A DNA stretch of 64,000 bases from Rhynchobatus australiae (lineage: Eukaryota): contig JAUZTB010000027.1 of the NCBI GenBank assembly GCA_034780895.1, forward strand, positions 39,428,113 through 39,492,112, read 5' to 3'. Of this stretch, positions 51,937 to 63,790 are shown piece by piece. The position numbers and the translations under genes were made by a program. The notes beneath the pieces were generated by a model, which ran no database searches, had not been told where the DNA came from, and saw nothing but the letters and a program-made list of their open reading frames with translations. Numbering within the stretch: position 1 is the first letter of the stretch; each line of letters begins with the position of its first letter.

Positions 51937-52369
51937 GTATTTACGACTTAAATGTAAATTCTTTCTTTGATTACTTTGAATGACAGGGAGGAATTTCACA
52001 AATGTTTTTCTTTTATTTCGCTGAGAACTTCCCTTAGGAAAATAAGTGGATTGGGTCCAATTATACTGACCATGAGATTTAATAAACCAGTAACATTCAA
52101 TATTTTCATGTACTTCTAAAAATTCAATGGGGATTGATTCCTCAGAGAAATGAGGCTTATTGGAAGATTGCTTCCAGGAAAATTCTCCTCAAAAATCACT
52201 TTTTTCTTGATGAGGCGCCAAAGAAAACATTTGTCATCTTTTGTGCAATCATTTTTTCTTATTCAGCACCATACCAAATGCTTTTTGGAAATCAAAATAC
52301 AATACATCTGCTGCTTTCCCTGATTCACCCTGTATGTTATATCCTCAAATAACTCCAGCAAACTTGACA

Positions 52370-53190
52370 ACATGACTGCTCTTTCATAAAATCACATCGA
52401 CTCTGCTTGACTGCAGTACAATTTCCTAAATATCCTGCCGTGACTACTTTAATAATGGATCCAGCATTAATCCAATAACCAATGCCAAGCTAATTGACCC
52501 ACAGGTTCCTGCTTTCTGTCTCTCTCTCTCAATCTTTACCCAATCCACTGGGACCTTTTCAGAATCTAAGGAACTTTGGAAGATCTCAACCAATGCATTC
52601 ACCACCTTTACAGCCAGTGGACTCGTCACCCTCCAATCCCAGTAATTTGCCCAGTATCTTTTCTCTAGTGATAGTTATCACTTTGTCCCCAAATTTTACA
52701 TTACTGCAGGGATGCTTTCAATGTCTTCTATCAAAAGTCAGATAGGAACTTCCCTAATAGCCCATTATTAATTTCCTAGTCTCATCCTTTTAGGAATTAT
52801 AGTCCTTTTCATATACTTCAAACCACTCTTCTTGTCTCTGTGTTACCTTTTCTGCTAATCTACTGTCAAAATCTATATTCCTCCCTTTTGTTGGTCATCC
52901 TTTGAGTCGATTTTAGAAACCAGCAATCTTCTGGAACACCACTAATCTTTGCTGTATAGTACACCTTTTCTTTCCTTTTGATATCACTCTTCTATAGTTA
53001 GCCACAGATGTGTCAACCTTCTCATAGTCTTTATTTCTCAATGGAATACATAGTTGTTGAGAATTATTAATTATTTTCTTAAATGTCTGCTGCTGCACCT
53101 ACCTGTTTATCTACTTTCCCCATATACTTTAGCCAACTCTGCACTTACAACTTTGTAATTGCCTTTTATAAAATTAAGACCCAAGTTTCA
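52370..53190 (-). mobile_element. Decayed CR1 ORF2 fragment
   Basis: ORF 52444-52629 reads VVNALVEIFQSSLDSEKVPVDW...QKAGTCGSISLALVIGLML (CR1 pre-RT VPxDW...GNYRPxSL). Confidence 0.75.
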
Positions 53191-55579
53191 CCCATCAACA
53201 GATGGTACATTCCAGTGGCATTTGTTTTACAATAATTTTAAGAGTGCAGTGATGTTCTACATCTATCTGTATATTTTTTAATCATGTAGTTTGCTTTCTT
53301 CAATTCAGCTAAATCAGGAACACGAGACGAGTTGGGCCAAAGGGCTTGTTTCAAGACTGTGTGATTCTATGATAGAAACAAGGAGTGGCTTCTGAGGGCA
53401 TTCTGCTACAAAACACCAGTGATAGCTGAAATTATTTAATTAGTCTGAGTCTGTTAGCTAGTTCTTTCCTACTTTACAGAAGAACAGTACAGTCTGTGAA
53501 GAGGAGGAGATTGTGAGGGCTAATTAAATGCTAGTTTGACTTATGCAGCTTCATGATTCTGATAGGACTGTGGAGAGAAATAAGAGGCTGAAAGAATCTT
53601 ATTTCTTTGGTCCTACGATGGCCCGCAATGACATGTTGTCACAGTTCAAACAGGGCAAAAACGACTGGGATTTGAGAGACTTAATTCTTCCTCCTCGAAT
53701 TAACAAGGATAAAAATCTTCCCTGATGGATGAATAAAATGCAGTCTTGAACAAAAGACCATCAAGTTGTTCTACTTATTTTTAGGTTTTCTTACAGGTGT
53801 AGAAGAGTTATAATTTTAACATGAGCTTCCACAGAATCCTAAAAATTAAGTGCTGGTTCAAAATTGTATTAAAAATCCCACATCTAAATATTCGAGCCTG
53901 TGAACTCATAACTTTTGTGCAAAATTTTAAAGTGTAGTTTTGTAACTTTGAATGAAAAAAATGGACAGTATCAGCAAGCAATGTTTACAAAAATTATTTT
54001 ATTCACATGCACAAATTTAACATTTGTTTGCGAGGGAAGCAGCCCTGAATAAAATACTATCACTATGCATTAATGAAGATACTAGTTCAGTGAGGAAAGA
54101 AATATACTGAGCAAGAGGTCCCTGATTTGATATATAGGATTCCTTAAAAGAAAATCCTTAGATACATTATACCTCCTAAATGGAATTATTTGATAACTTA
54201 TTTAATGCACTCAATCCCACATCACATCATTTACATTGATTACTCTTAATTAAAACTAAGTTCTCATAGTCAATTTGTGTCATTCCCCCATTTGGGTCTT
54301 TAACACAGATCCCATTCCTAACCTTCTTCCTTCTTTCCCTGCCTGTGCCAACAATTCCATTTGGTTCCTTTTCTCTCAGCTATAGAATCAGAATCTTCCC
54401 TGCAAAGGTAAAATGTAAATGGTTGCAACATATGTGACAAGTTGGAAGTCAAACAACGCATCACCTGGTTTAATATGGGAAACTTCACATATCCCAAGTT
54501 ATTCACACATGAAAACATATCTATTTTTGTGACTGTTCAAAAAAAGTAGATGAGATAAACATGACTGTTAACCTTGCAGTGCCTGGCACCAATCATAACC
54601 ACAGGAAATAAATATCTTGTTTCATTTTCAAGACTTTCAACAGGTACAGGCCCAATATCTATCATTTTAAACATTAAAAAAAAGTTGAAACATGAAAGCA
54701 GAAAATATTTTAAAACTAAAGCAATTTGGAACCACACCACCCCCCCCCCCCCCGCCGAGATGAAATTTGTACAAAAGCCGTACTTCACAGGTCAATCAAC
54801 TGATTGCCCAATTCTTCTTAATGTGTATTAGGCCATGACAGATTTAGAACTTAAAAGAATCATGTTTACTAATTTGCCAAGTTGTACAACCACTTGAGTT
54901 ACACAATTTGATAGAAGTGATGTCACTTTCATATGCAGAGGCATTTTCTGTACTAGAGCCAAACATCTAAATATAACGTTTGTTTTACCTACTTGGTACA
55001 TTGGTTGCAAGATCATTCCAGATTATTTGGATAACAAAAGAGCATTTAAAAGTCAACAGAATTAATGACCTACAGTGCACTGAAATAACAATCAGAGAGA
55101 AGGTCATATTTTGTACCACTCCCAGAGCAGCCCTGCCTTTACACACTCCACCTGACACTGCTGCAGTCAGTGAGCAGATCAGTTCAAGGCTTTTGCACCA
55201 AATTAATGCTGTTTTGTTTGGTATTCTGATTTTCACTCATTTTCTTCCTCCTTCCATCTAGTCTCACCCCAGAGACCATTCTTTACGTGTCCTGGCTGCC
55301 CTTCCAACATTCACAAGTGCATAATTTTTACTGCAAAGTCAATACAAGAGACAGGGCCTTTTGTAACTGAAACAATAAATCCCCCTCAAGCTCCTAGAGA
55401 GAACAATTTAATCTGCACAGACCTAGATATTCATGGAGTAGGTGACTTCTGAACACGTACTGAACTTGCCTTTTCAATAGTTCAAACCATAAACCTCGTC
55501 TCACATTATAACTTGATGACAATATTTTGCCTTTCCCATGACCCAACAGTTAATGTGCCTATAAAATTGCCTCAAGCAG

Positions 55580-55950
55580 GTGTCAGCCATGACTCAGTTG
55601 GCACCATCGTCATCTGACTCAGAGGATTGCAAGTTCGTCCCTCTCTAGAGCTCCAAGCACCAAAGACTGAGGGACCCCTGCACCGTTGCAAGTAACATTA
55701 TTCAGATGACAAACCAAAGCCCCAACCATCTCTCCAGTGGACACAGCAGTACTTTGGGGGGGGGGGGGCAGGATATCCCCAGTATCCTAACCAAGATTTC
55801 ACTCAATAAAAAACACTACAAACAACAGATATGTGGGTACAGTGTGTTGCTGTTTGTAGGAGTTTACAGTGTATAAGTTAGCTGGTACAATTCAAAATCA
55901 CTTCACTGACTCTTTGAAAAGTCCCAACATCAAGAAAGAGGTGTGACATG
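55580..55950 (+). mobile_element. Deu-domain SINE, decayed
   Basis: tRNA-like head gtgtcagccatgactcagttggcacc, then ccccagtatcctaaccaa...ttgctgtttgtaggagtttacagtgtataagttagctg. Confidence 0.6.
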
Positions 55951-56874
55951 AATGCAACTCCTTTTCGGCTTTGTGTGGCTCCAGTACAATCACAGCACGG
56001 AAACAGCGCAGGAGGAGCCCATTTGGGAGTGCAGACTCAAATGGCCTCCTCCCGTGCAGGTTCCATGCTATGATTCTACTTTCTGAGAACAAAGCACTGA
56101 TCCGATTTCATTTTGAGAGCCATAATTGAATTAGCCTCCGCCACCCTGGTGGGCAATGCATTCTAAATGCTCACCATCACTTATGTGGAAAAGTACTTCA
56201 AAGCCTCCATTACATCCTGGTGACCAGAACGATAATCAGACCTCAACATATAATGTAAACGGAGCACGACAAAGTCTCAGCATGTCTGCCTCTCACTCAC
56301 AGCATAGAGTTACATAGAAACTGAGCACTGAAATGGCCTGCTGCATTGCACTGGTGTGTGCCAGGCTTTAAACTTCACACATCTCATCTGCTACCAGCCC
56401 ACAACCAGCTTCTAACTACTACTTCCCACCCAGGCCCAGTATCCTTCTGTTCCCGGCTCCCTATAGTAAACATCACCTTAAATGCATCAGTGCTCTCAGC
56501 TTCATCCACATTCCCACCATTCTCTCCGTAAAATTCCTTAAATTCCTCATTTGATGTCAGAATGATGATCTTGTATTCATGCCTCTTATTCAGGCCTAAC
56601 CCAGCAAAGTGTCCTACTTGTTTAGTTGCTCAGTAAAGGTCAATGATCAAAACTGCTCGACCCCTTCCCCGCCGCACCTACCCCGAATTCTGTAAGGAAG
56701 ATGTACACTGCCCATTTTATTCTCCTACATACAATGCCACACTTGTCTGCATTAACATGCACCTATCATCGTTTCACTCAGTGGCAAACCATATCCAAAT
56801 TTTTCTTTTGGTTAGAATCAGAATCAATTGATCCTCCTGATAAAATTAGAAGTGAAATTAAATGTATAATGACA

Positions 56875-57030
56875 TATAAAGAAAGCTGCTTGCATGTATG
56901 TAGTGTCATTTTCATCAAGGGGCATCTCCAAATGCTTACAGACCTAATTGCACCTTTTCTGTTGTAGTCATTGTTGTAGCACAGGAATCACAGCTGGTAA
57001 ACTTCCTGACCAAGCTCCTTCAGCAACCTC
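56875..57030 (-). mobile_element. Deu-SINE 3' tail, minus strand
   Basis: aaagaaagctgcttgcatgtatgtagtg...catctccaaatgcttacag...gtagtcattgttgta is the reverse complement of the tail at about 48040-48095. Confidence 0.55.
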
Positions 57031-59239
57031 CCAGGCACAATCTAACATTTCCTGGTGCAGCTGATGGGGAATGCCATCAATTCCAAACTTTACGGAATTC
57101 CCTGGCGGCTACACGATGAAATGTGTCCACTCAGTCTGTGCTAGTCCAGTTCAAGCACAGGATCAGCAACCCCATGCATTTGAATGGAGAAGAATGGCTG
57201 CAAAGGAGAAGGGTAAATACAATGTCATTTACTTTCTTTTGAACCAAGTTTGCTTTAACGCTCGTATTTAAGTGTATATAGGTAATTAAAATGCTGTTTC
57301 AATTTCTTCAACATTTCAGGACGTGGGCAAGAAGATAGTTGGATTCACCCATTTTTAGCCGGAGGTACCAGTTGTACTCCTGTCACTGACATTGTCTAAC
57401 TCAGGCCGGCCAAAGGCTGCAGTAGAAGCCTTCCAGACCCAGAGAATTCAATATCCCACAGGCTGTCTGAGCAGAGTAAAGCACTTCCAAATAACAAATC
57501 ATATTATTGCTAATTCACTCAAAAACACTAAATATTCAACTGATAGGCAGTCCAGTACTGAGATACTGAGTTACACATGTATACTACAATCCCAGTGCAC
57601 ATAGTGCAACCTTGACTAATGGGGAAAGGGAAGAACAAATTGCCAAAAATGTACCAAAGTACTCTTACGTTACTGACAGAATTAGTTTGAGGACAAGTTT
57701 TAGGCATTTTCCAGTAAAGCTAGGCTGAAACACTTCACAGCAGATATTAGTTCAGTGCTAGGCCCTCCTTCTGAAAGGCAGCACAGAGCTCAGCAACTCT
57801 GAGCATTCATCTTCACTGATAGTGTGCGCGCACGATCAAGTGAATGTCCTTTGGCCTCTAATAACCAAAAGGAAGACAGTCAACTCTTTCCTTACATTAA
57901 AAGTTTAAAAGACAGTCTAGTTGACTTTGCAGTTACAAATTTGAATACAATTACATCAAAGCCAAACTCTCCCCACAAGGCAAGTTCAGAACCATTGCTG
58001 TCCTTGTCAAAATATACTGATCATCTTGCATCAATTGAATATAGAATCCAGTTCTCAGTGAAAGATGAGAGTCATAATTCAGTGGACAGAGTGGCCACGC
58101 AGAGGTTACATAGTAGTTAGAGAAGGGCACAGTAATTATTAAAAAGAGTATTGATGTCAAGAGTCACTGGTCAGGGAGCAAGCAGGGTCAGGTGTTAAAT
58201 TACAAAGTGAGGGCTGCAGAAACAAGCATTGTGGCAAGAATATGTACTTGATCTTTTTAGAATAGGGAAGTAGCAATGACAGATGACCGGTATCATCATT
58301 CCAAAATAAAGCCATTCCCATCCCGCGGGGGTCTCGTTACCCCAAGAAGGTGGGGTATTCCTTCCCTCATCCATGCAATAATTTGACTCAGCACAGTCAC
58401 TTATCACCTCACAGGGCAGTTAAATGTCAACCACAGTGCTGAGGGAGGCAGACAGGTTTCCCTCCTGCAAGAGCAATATTGAAAGAGTTTGGTTTGTCAA
58501 CAAACAGATTGAGTTTTACATTGACTGACGTCAGAGTGAATTTAAAATCCACGGTGGGATTTGAATCCAGATTACGGGGGTGGAGTTGAGTTCAGCGAGA
58601 GAGTAACCCACACACGATCTGAAATGCTAATTTTTATTTGTCAGAAAGTTCCTGCAGTGCTAACGATTCACAATGAGGCAATTCCAACCATCACTGTAGT
58701 GTGACCATTGCTATTCTGTGTACCAAAGGCACAACAAAGCCATACATTCCAACATGGGGCCCACGAGAGTGTCCTGATACAACTGTGGTCCACCACACTA
58801 ACCAGAAGACTGCACATTGAATAGTTTCAAAATTGTTGCTTGCTGGCACTTTTGAAAAGATAATTGCACATTCCTGTGAATTTAAACCATTTAAAATGCT
58901 TGAGTGGGAAACGGAGGAGGTCCCTTTAACGCCTCAAGTGTTGATGGCCAGAATAGGGGGACCGTATTATTCTTTTTTTTAAAAAAAGTACTCAGTGTCT
59001 AATAAGAGGAAGTCGTTTATGAAATTCTGAACTGATGACTAACTTTACAGAATTGTTGCAGGCTTTAAATTATGTGCTTGAGTTCTGGGATTGACAGGGA
59101 AGGGAACATAATAAGACCTGGGATCACTGGGATCAGCCCCTCCCCCAGCCGCCACACCTGAGGGAAGAAAGCCAAGGGTTGGGAGTCGTAAGGAACAAAA
59201 ACATCACACATACATAAACAAAATGTGTTTTAAAACAGG

Positions 59240-59900
59240 ATCAGCAGCGGTTAGAACGCCTCGCCTCGGGGAGCGGGGTGGTGGGGGGGAGTACTCACCT
59301 TGAGCGGGGCATCCAGCAGCTTGTGAACTCCCGCCACTTGTGCGATGAGGGGGATGGTTTCGTACAGGTTGTAAACCGGCGGTCTCCTGGGCTCGGGGAA
59401 GTTGGTGCAGACGAACGGGTCCACGTCGTCCAGAAACTGTACCCTGCACGTTACGGTCGCCATGGGGTGCCGTTCGGGGCCACTTGCCTTCACACGCGGT
59501 GACCGAAGCCCAGGTTGTGAGGGGCGCCCACTCTTGCCGAGAAGCCGCCGGTGGAGGCTGCAGCTGCCGTGATTGCACCCCGTGTGCCCGCACCAGATGT
59601 TGCTCTCAAGCTCCGACGCAACCAGGAAGTAGAGTGAGTCAGCCGGCCAGCCCGCAGCTTTTAGAGGGACTCGCACCGGGACACTTGAGTCCCCGGCTCG
59701 CCCGCTGTTGTGCTAACCTCTCGTCTTCAGCAATCTGCAAGACGTTATTTTTAATTTCTTCTCGTGACGGTGTTGTTATGACCACTCCGTCTGCAAATAA
59801 ACAAGGAGCACAGATCCCAGCAACTTCCAGCGCAGGATGAACTGAGAATGAGTCACGGGCAGCAGAGAGACCTGAAGAATTTCCCCTCGGGAGGTTGCAG
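59240..59900 (-). promoter_or_regulatory. CpG island covering exon 1, 5' UTR and probable promoter
   Basis: Abrupt rise in GC and CpG density against a CpG-depleted background. Contains an ETS-like CAGGAAGT (59623-59630), AP-1-like TGAGTCA (59635-59641, 59849-59855) and a MEF2-like TTATTTTTAA (59745-59754). The short motifs are only suggestive. Confidence 0.75.
59299..59463 (-). CDS. FHOD1: FHOD-family formin, coding exon 1 (55 codons, start of the N-terminal GBD region)
   Basis: Reads MATVTCRVQFLDDVDPFVCTNFPEPRRPPVYNLYETIPLIAQVAGVHKLLDAPLK, matching the FHOD1/FHOD3 N-terminus (RVQ[FY]L[DE]DxDPF...NFPEP). ATG at 59463 is followed by G at +4. Ends at a phase-0 donor AAG|gtgagt and sits in a CpG island. 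Family call is strong; FHOD1 over FHOD3 is less certain. Confidence 0.93.
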
Positions 59901-60214
59901 GAGTCTCATTTCTCTGCACGTAAACGCTGCAGTATCACATTGTGGCAGCGTTGCATGTTAAGGTACAAACCTTTAAAATGGCCCAGTGTATACCGGCGTG
60001 TCATTGCCCACAACATAACTGCATTGATACATGTTATGTATTGAAGCAGCCTGAGCGATTTCCACCCGGGGACCGCAACTGTTTTGCAGTCGACTGTTTA
60101 TTTTATGTCAATGTGATATTTATTTTTTAAGATTAGCTTTCATCACTTTCTATTAACATGAAAAGTATTCTGCTTTTGAGTGTTCTGCCTCATCTCTGGA
60201 GCTATAACTGCTCA

Positions 60215-60715
60215 GAAATATTGAAAAATAAGAGGAGGCAAATGGCAAAGTCCTGCAAGTCTGCTCCAACACGGTCATTACTAATCCGCTATCTCAATAC
60301 ATTATTCCTGATCTCTTTCAATGGCCTTCAATGTATTTTGTGTACAGAAATCTATCCATCTCCTTAAGCGTATTCAGTTACTTTGGGTAGAGATTTTCAC
60401 AAGATCACCATACTCTGAGAGAAGAAATTTCTCTTCATCCCAGTCCTAAATATCTTGCCCTGTATGCTAAGTCTGTGACCGCTAGTATTAGAACCCCAAC
60501 CAAGGAAAACATCCAACCTGTCAGAATTTTGTACACTTCAATGAGATCTCTTCTCATTCTTCTCAACTCTAAGACCTAGTTGACTCAACCTTGCCTCGTA
60601 CCATGGTCCTGCCATCTCAGGAATCAGTCTGATGGATCTTTATTCTACTACTTTTACTGCAAGTAAATCCTTTTGTAGGGGAGGTGACCAAAACTGCACA
60701 AAGTTCTCCAGGTAT
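60215..60715 (-). mobile_element. CR1 3' end upstream of the promoter
   Basis: gaaaaataagaggagg tail, tttgggtagagattttcacaagatcacc, gaagaaatttctcttcatc, tcaatgagatctcttctcattcttct and gtgaccaaaactgcaca. Confidence 0.75.
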
Positions 60716-61989
60716 CTGCTATCCCACTATATAAATAAATATAACAGTTATGGACAATGACTCACCAAACCTTTGAATAATTAGAGCTGAAAATGACACA
60801 TCACAAAATTTAAACTTCAAACTGAATATATTTAAATTAAATGTAGTTTGTTTTTAGTTTACCATGAAAGTTTTGGAGTCTTACAACAAAAGTACCCCAT
60901 TCCCATTCATGATATACAAGGCAACTTTTACCTCCAGCTGAATCATGAAATGAGGTAAGGGCAAGAAAGGAAAGTCTCCTGCTCACAAGAATTTAAGGAA
61001 AGTCACCACGGAATCCTGCTTGCCCTAAAGTCCTTCTGGAAAGACTACCACCTACTCTTCCTTCCTCTATTCTCTATGTGAGTCTATATACCACATCATG
61101 GGATGGAAGCTAAATGTCCCCTGAAGTGTTTAAGCAAGGTAATCATTGGTAAATAAACTATCCACCACTACCACCATCTCTGGGGAATGAGTGAGGGATA
61201 ATACATGCGCACATGACACAAGATGCTGACAACCATTTTAAGGTCATTGAAGGCAACTCCCTCAACAAACTTGCATAAACTGTGAGAGTTTGGGACTTCC
61301 CCAATAGCTTACTGAATCTATCCAGTGAGCTAGAGGCCAGGAAGGTTCCAGCCATGATCCCCAATCCATGTTGATCCCAGCAAGGCTTGGCACTTCTGAC
61401 CAGGATGGGTCAGATGGGTTGGAGCTTCTGCTTCAGTGTGGTATCTAGTGACCCCTGCTGGGAGGATGTTTGTGTGGACATTAGGCATAGGAATGATTAT
61501 AGGACTGCTGATGCTCAAAACATCTGTCAGAATTAAAGTAAAGGAAAACAAATAATAGCTACATACAAGGCACCAGGGATTGACAGACAAATCATCAATC
61601 ATAAAGGAAAAGAAATGCATTTCTATATCACCTCTCCTAACCCTGGTCTGTCTCAGAGTGCCTCAGAGCCAAAATAAAGTACATCTTGGCANNNNNNNNN
61701 NNNNNNNNNNNNNNNNNNNNNNNNNNNNNNNNNNNNNNNNNNNNNNNNNNNNNNNNNNNNNNNNNNNNNNNNNNNNNNNNNNNNNNNNNNNAAGTACATC
61801 TTGGCATATAGTGACAGTAGACAATTTATCCAAAAAGAACAATGAAATAGATAAACTGCCCTGAGTTGAAGATGAAATGTTGGCCAGGGTGCTAGAAATC
61901 CATTTTTTGATTCAAATTGTATGAAATAATCTGTATTCCCCACTGCCATCTGGTTCTTGAACTGACCTGAAAAATCTTAACACTACTTC

Positions 61990-62206
61990 AGACTATATAT
62001 TTTTTTCTCTCAATCTTGTGCTAGTGTGGTTATGTTTATCTTGTTGTTTATTTTGTACACATCTAAGTTATGTATAATTTATGCTAACTTAAGTTTATGT
62101 TAACTTATGTCTGTACTTATACTGTGCTGCTGCAGCAAAAAGCTAATTCTCATGGCATTTGTACCATGTATGTATGCCTATGACAACAATAAACGTGAAC
62201 TTGAAC
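61990..62206 (+). mobile_element. LINE 3' UTR fragment (possibly Rex1/Babar-type) ending in (ttgaac)n
   Basis: actgtgctgctgcagcaaaaagctaattctcatggca...tgacaacaataaacgtgaacttgaact, an AATAAA followed by a short tandem tail. Confidence 0.5.
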
Positions 62207-62454
62207 TCTCTCCTATTCACCAGAGAATATTGAGATATAATAGTAAAGGATCAGCTGAGATCTTTGATCAGAGGTTTGGACTGGGGCTTGATCCCACAAC
62301 CTTTTGTGATAGGGAAACTTTTCCCCAACTAAAACTTGTAACTATCATCTGAGCCCCATTTTATGAGCATTGGATTGGTTAGTTCAGGCCTTCAGAGAGC
62401 AATTTCTTTGATGAATAAGCAGATAAAGGCACACATCCATATGATTTGAAGCAA

Positions 62455-62690
62455 CGGGTTTCCCCTAGGTGTTCTGGTTTCCTCCCACATCCCAAAGACA
62501 TGCAGGTTGGAAGTATAATTGACCACTGTAAATTGTTCCTAATATGTAGGTGAATGATAGAATCTGGGGAGAGTTCATGAGAATGGGGGAAAATAAAATA
62601 AGATTGGTGTAAGATTTGTGTAAATGAGGTTTGATGGTTGACATGGATGATGAGCTGAGGGGCCTTTCTTTGTGCTGTATAACTTATGGT
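62455..62690 (+). mobile_element. V-SINE/HE1-like SINE, 5'-truncated
   Basis: gggtttcccctaggtgttctggtttcctcccacatcccaaagacatgcaggtt...taaattgttcctaatatgtaggtga, homologous to 80-188. Confidence 0.75.
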
Positions 62691-62739
62691 AGTCTACTAT
62701 TAACCTCTATGACAGAAAAGTTAGGGTGACATCTCAATC

Positions 62740-62990
62740 CTAGTCTGCCTCCTTCTATAGGTATAAAAAAATCCCAAGGTACTATTCATAGAGGAAGAGT
62801 CTTTGGTTTCTGACCAACATTTATCTCTCAACCAATATCAATGAAACAGCTTAGCTGGTTACTATGGCACTGCTGTTTGTGGGTGTTTATTGTATATGAA
62901 TTGTTTACTGTATTTTCTCTCTTACCTCAATGATTACACTTATAATGTATGCCGTTGTTTATAACTTCATTGGGACATTGCACACAGTGC
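62740..62990 (+). mobile_element. Deu-domain SINE fragment
   Basis: aaaatcccaaggtactattc...gaccaacatttatctctcaaccaatatca...ctgctgtttgtggg...gattacactt...cttcattgggacat. Confidence 0.65.
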
Positions 62991-63320
62991 TATATTGTTG
63001 CAAATATGTTGTTTTTTTTCCTGTTGAGTAAATGAGAATGAAACTTCAGCCGGGGGTTTTGCTCCTGAGTGTATCCGATGATACTGCTTGATAAGTGTGC
63101 ATGTGTGACAGCAGCTGAGGATTCTCTATAATCCACCGTATATTTGAATGCACGGCCAATGTTAACTGTCAAAGTTCACCCAGAACTGGGTTTCCAGCAG
63201 ACTGTGTCAACACAAGGAAAAGCATGAGAAAAATCAGACCAGAAACATTAATCAAGTGGCAAACTTTCTGTTCTTATTCTCACAACAGCAAGTCAGTGAA
63301 TTGTCAGACAGTTGTACAAT

Positions 63321-63536
63321 CTACACTCAGAAGGAGGACCATCATACTTCAGTGTGACTGTCCAAATTACAGCCTAGCATTTCCTTCAAGCATCAGGCCC
63401 CGGTGGGGTTGTGGATCTGATATTTTGCCTACACTCAGAAGGAGGACCATCATACTTCACTGTGACTGTCCAAATTATAGCCCAGCACTTCCTTCAAGCA
63501 TCAGGCCCCGGTGGGGTTGTGGGTCTGATATTTTGC
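63321..63536. repeat. Head-to-tail tandem duplication, 2 x 108 bp
   Basis: Units 63321-63428 and 63429-63536 differ at 5 positions with no indels. Confidence 0.97.
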
Positions 63537-63629
63537 CTTATTATTTTATGATACGCAGTCACTTTACCCCAATTTACTCAGCTAATCTTAAATTCCTTGG
63601 GAAAGAGTTGACATGCTGGGAATGATGAA

Positions 63630-63790
63630 AGTTTGCAGAGTTACAGGGAAGGTTGGAAAGATGCGCAGTCACCAGAGATGTTGGGGTGTGTCCAGTTACT
63701 GGGAGGGGTTAAGGAGGGCTGCTAAGAGTGTGTACAGTGACCAAGAAGTTCCTGGGATGTGTTGGAGTGTGTGCAGTTACTGGGAGTGGT
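63630..63790. repeat. Degenerate G-rich minisatellite-like tract
   Basis: Recurrent variants of gtgtgtgcagttactggga(g/t)g: gagttacaggga, gtgtgtccagttactgggag, gtgtgtacagtgacc, aagttcctgggatg, gtgtgtgcagttactgggag. Confidence 0.55.

Noticed and set aside
59204-59840. Overlapping ORFs around exon 1 (59204-59593, 59278-59502, 59484-59840) and the full 141-aa ORF
   Set aside because: By-products of GC-rich CpG-island sequence. Only 59463-59299 matches FHOD, and the ORF tail VSTPPHHPAPRGEAF is read-through past the splice donor.
63321-63790. Possible CRISPR-like or coding repeat array
   Set aside because: Two contiguous units with no spacers, in a vertebrate context with no cas-like ORFs.
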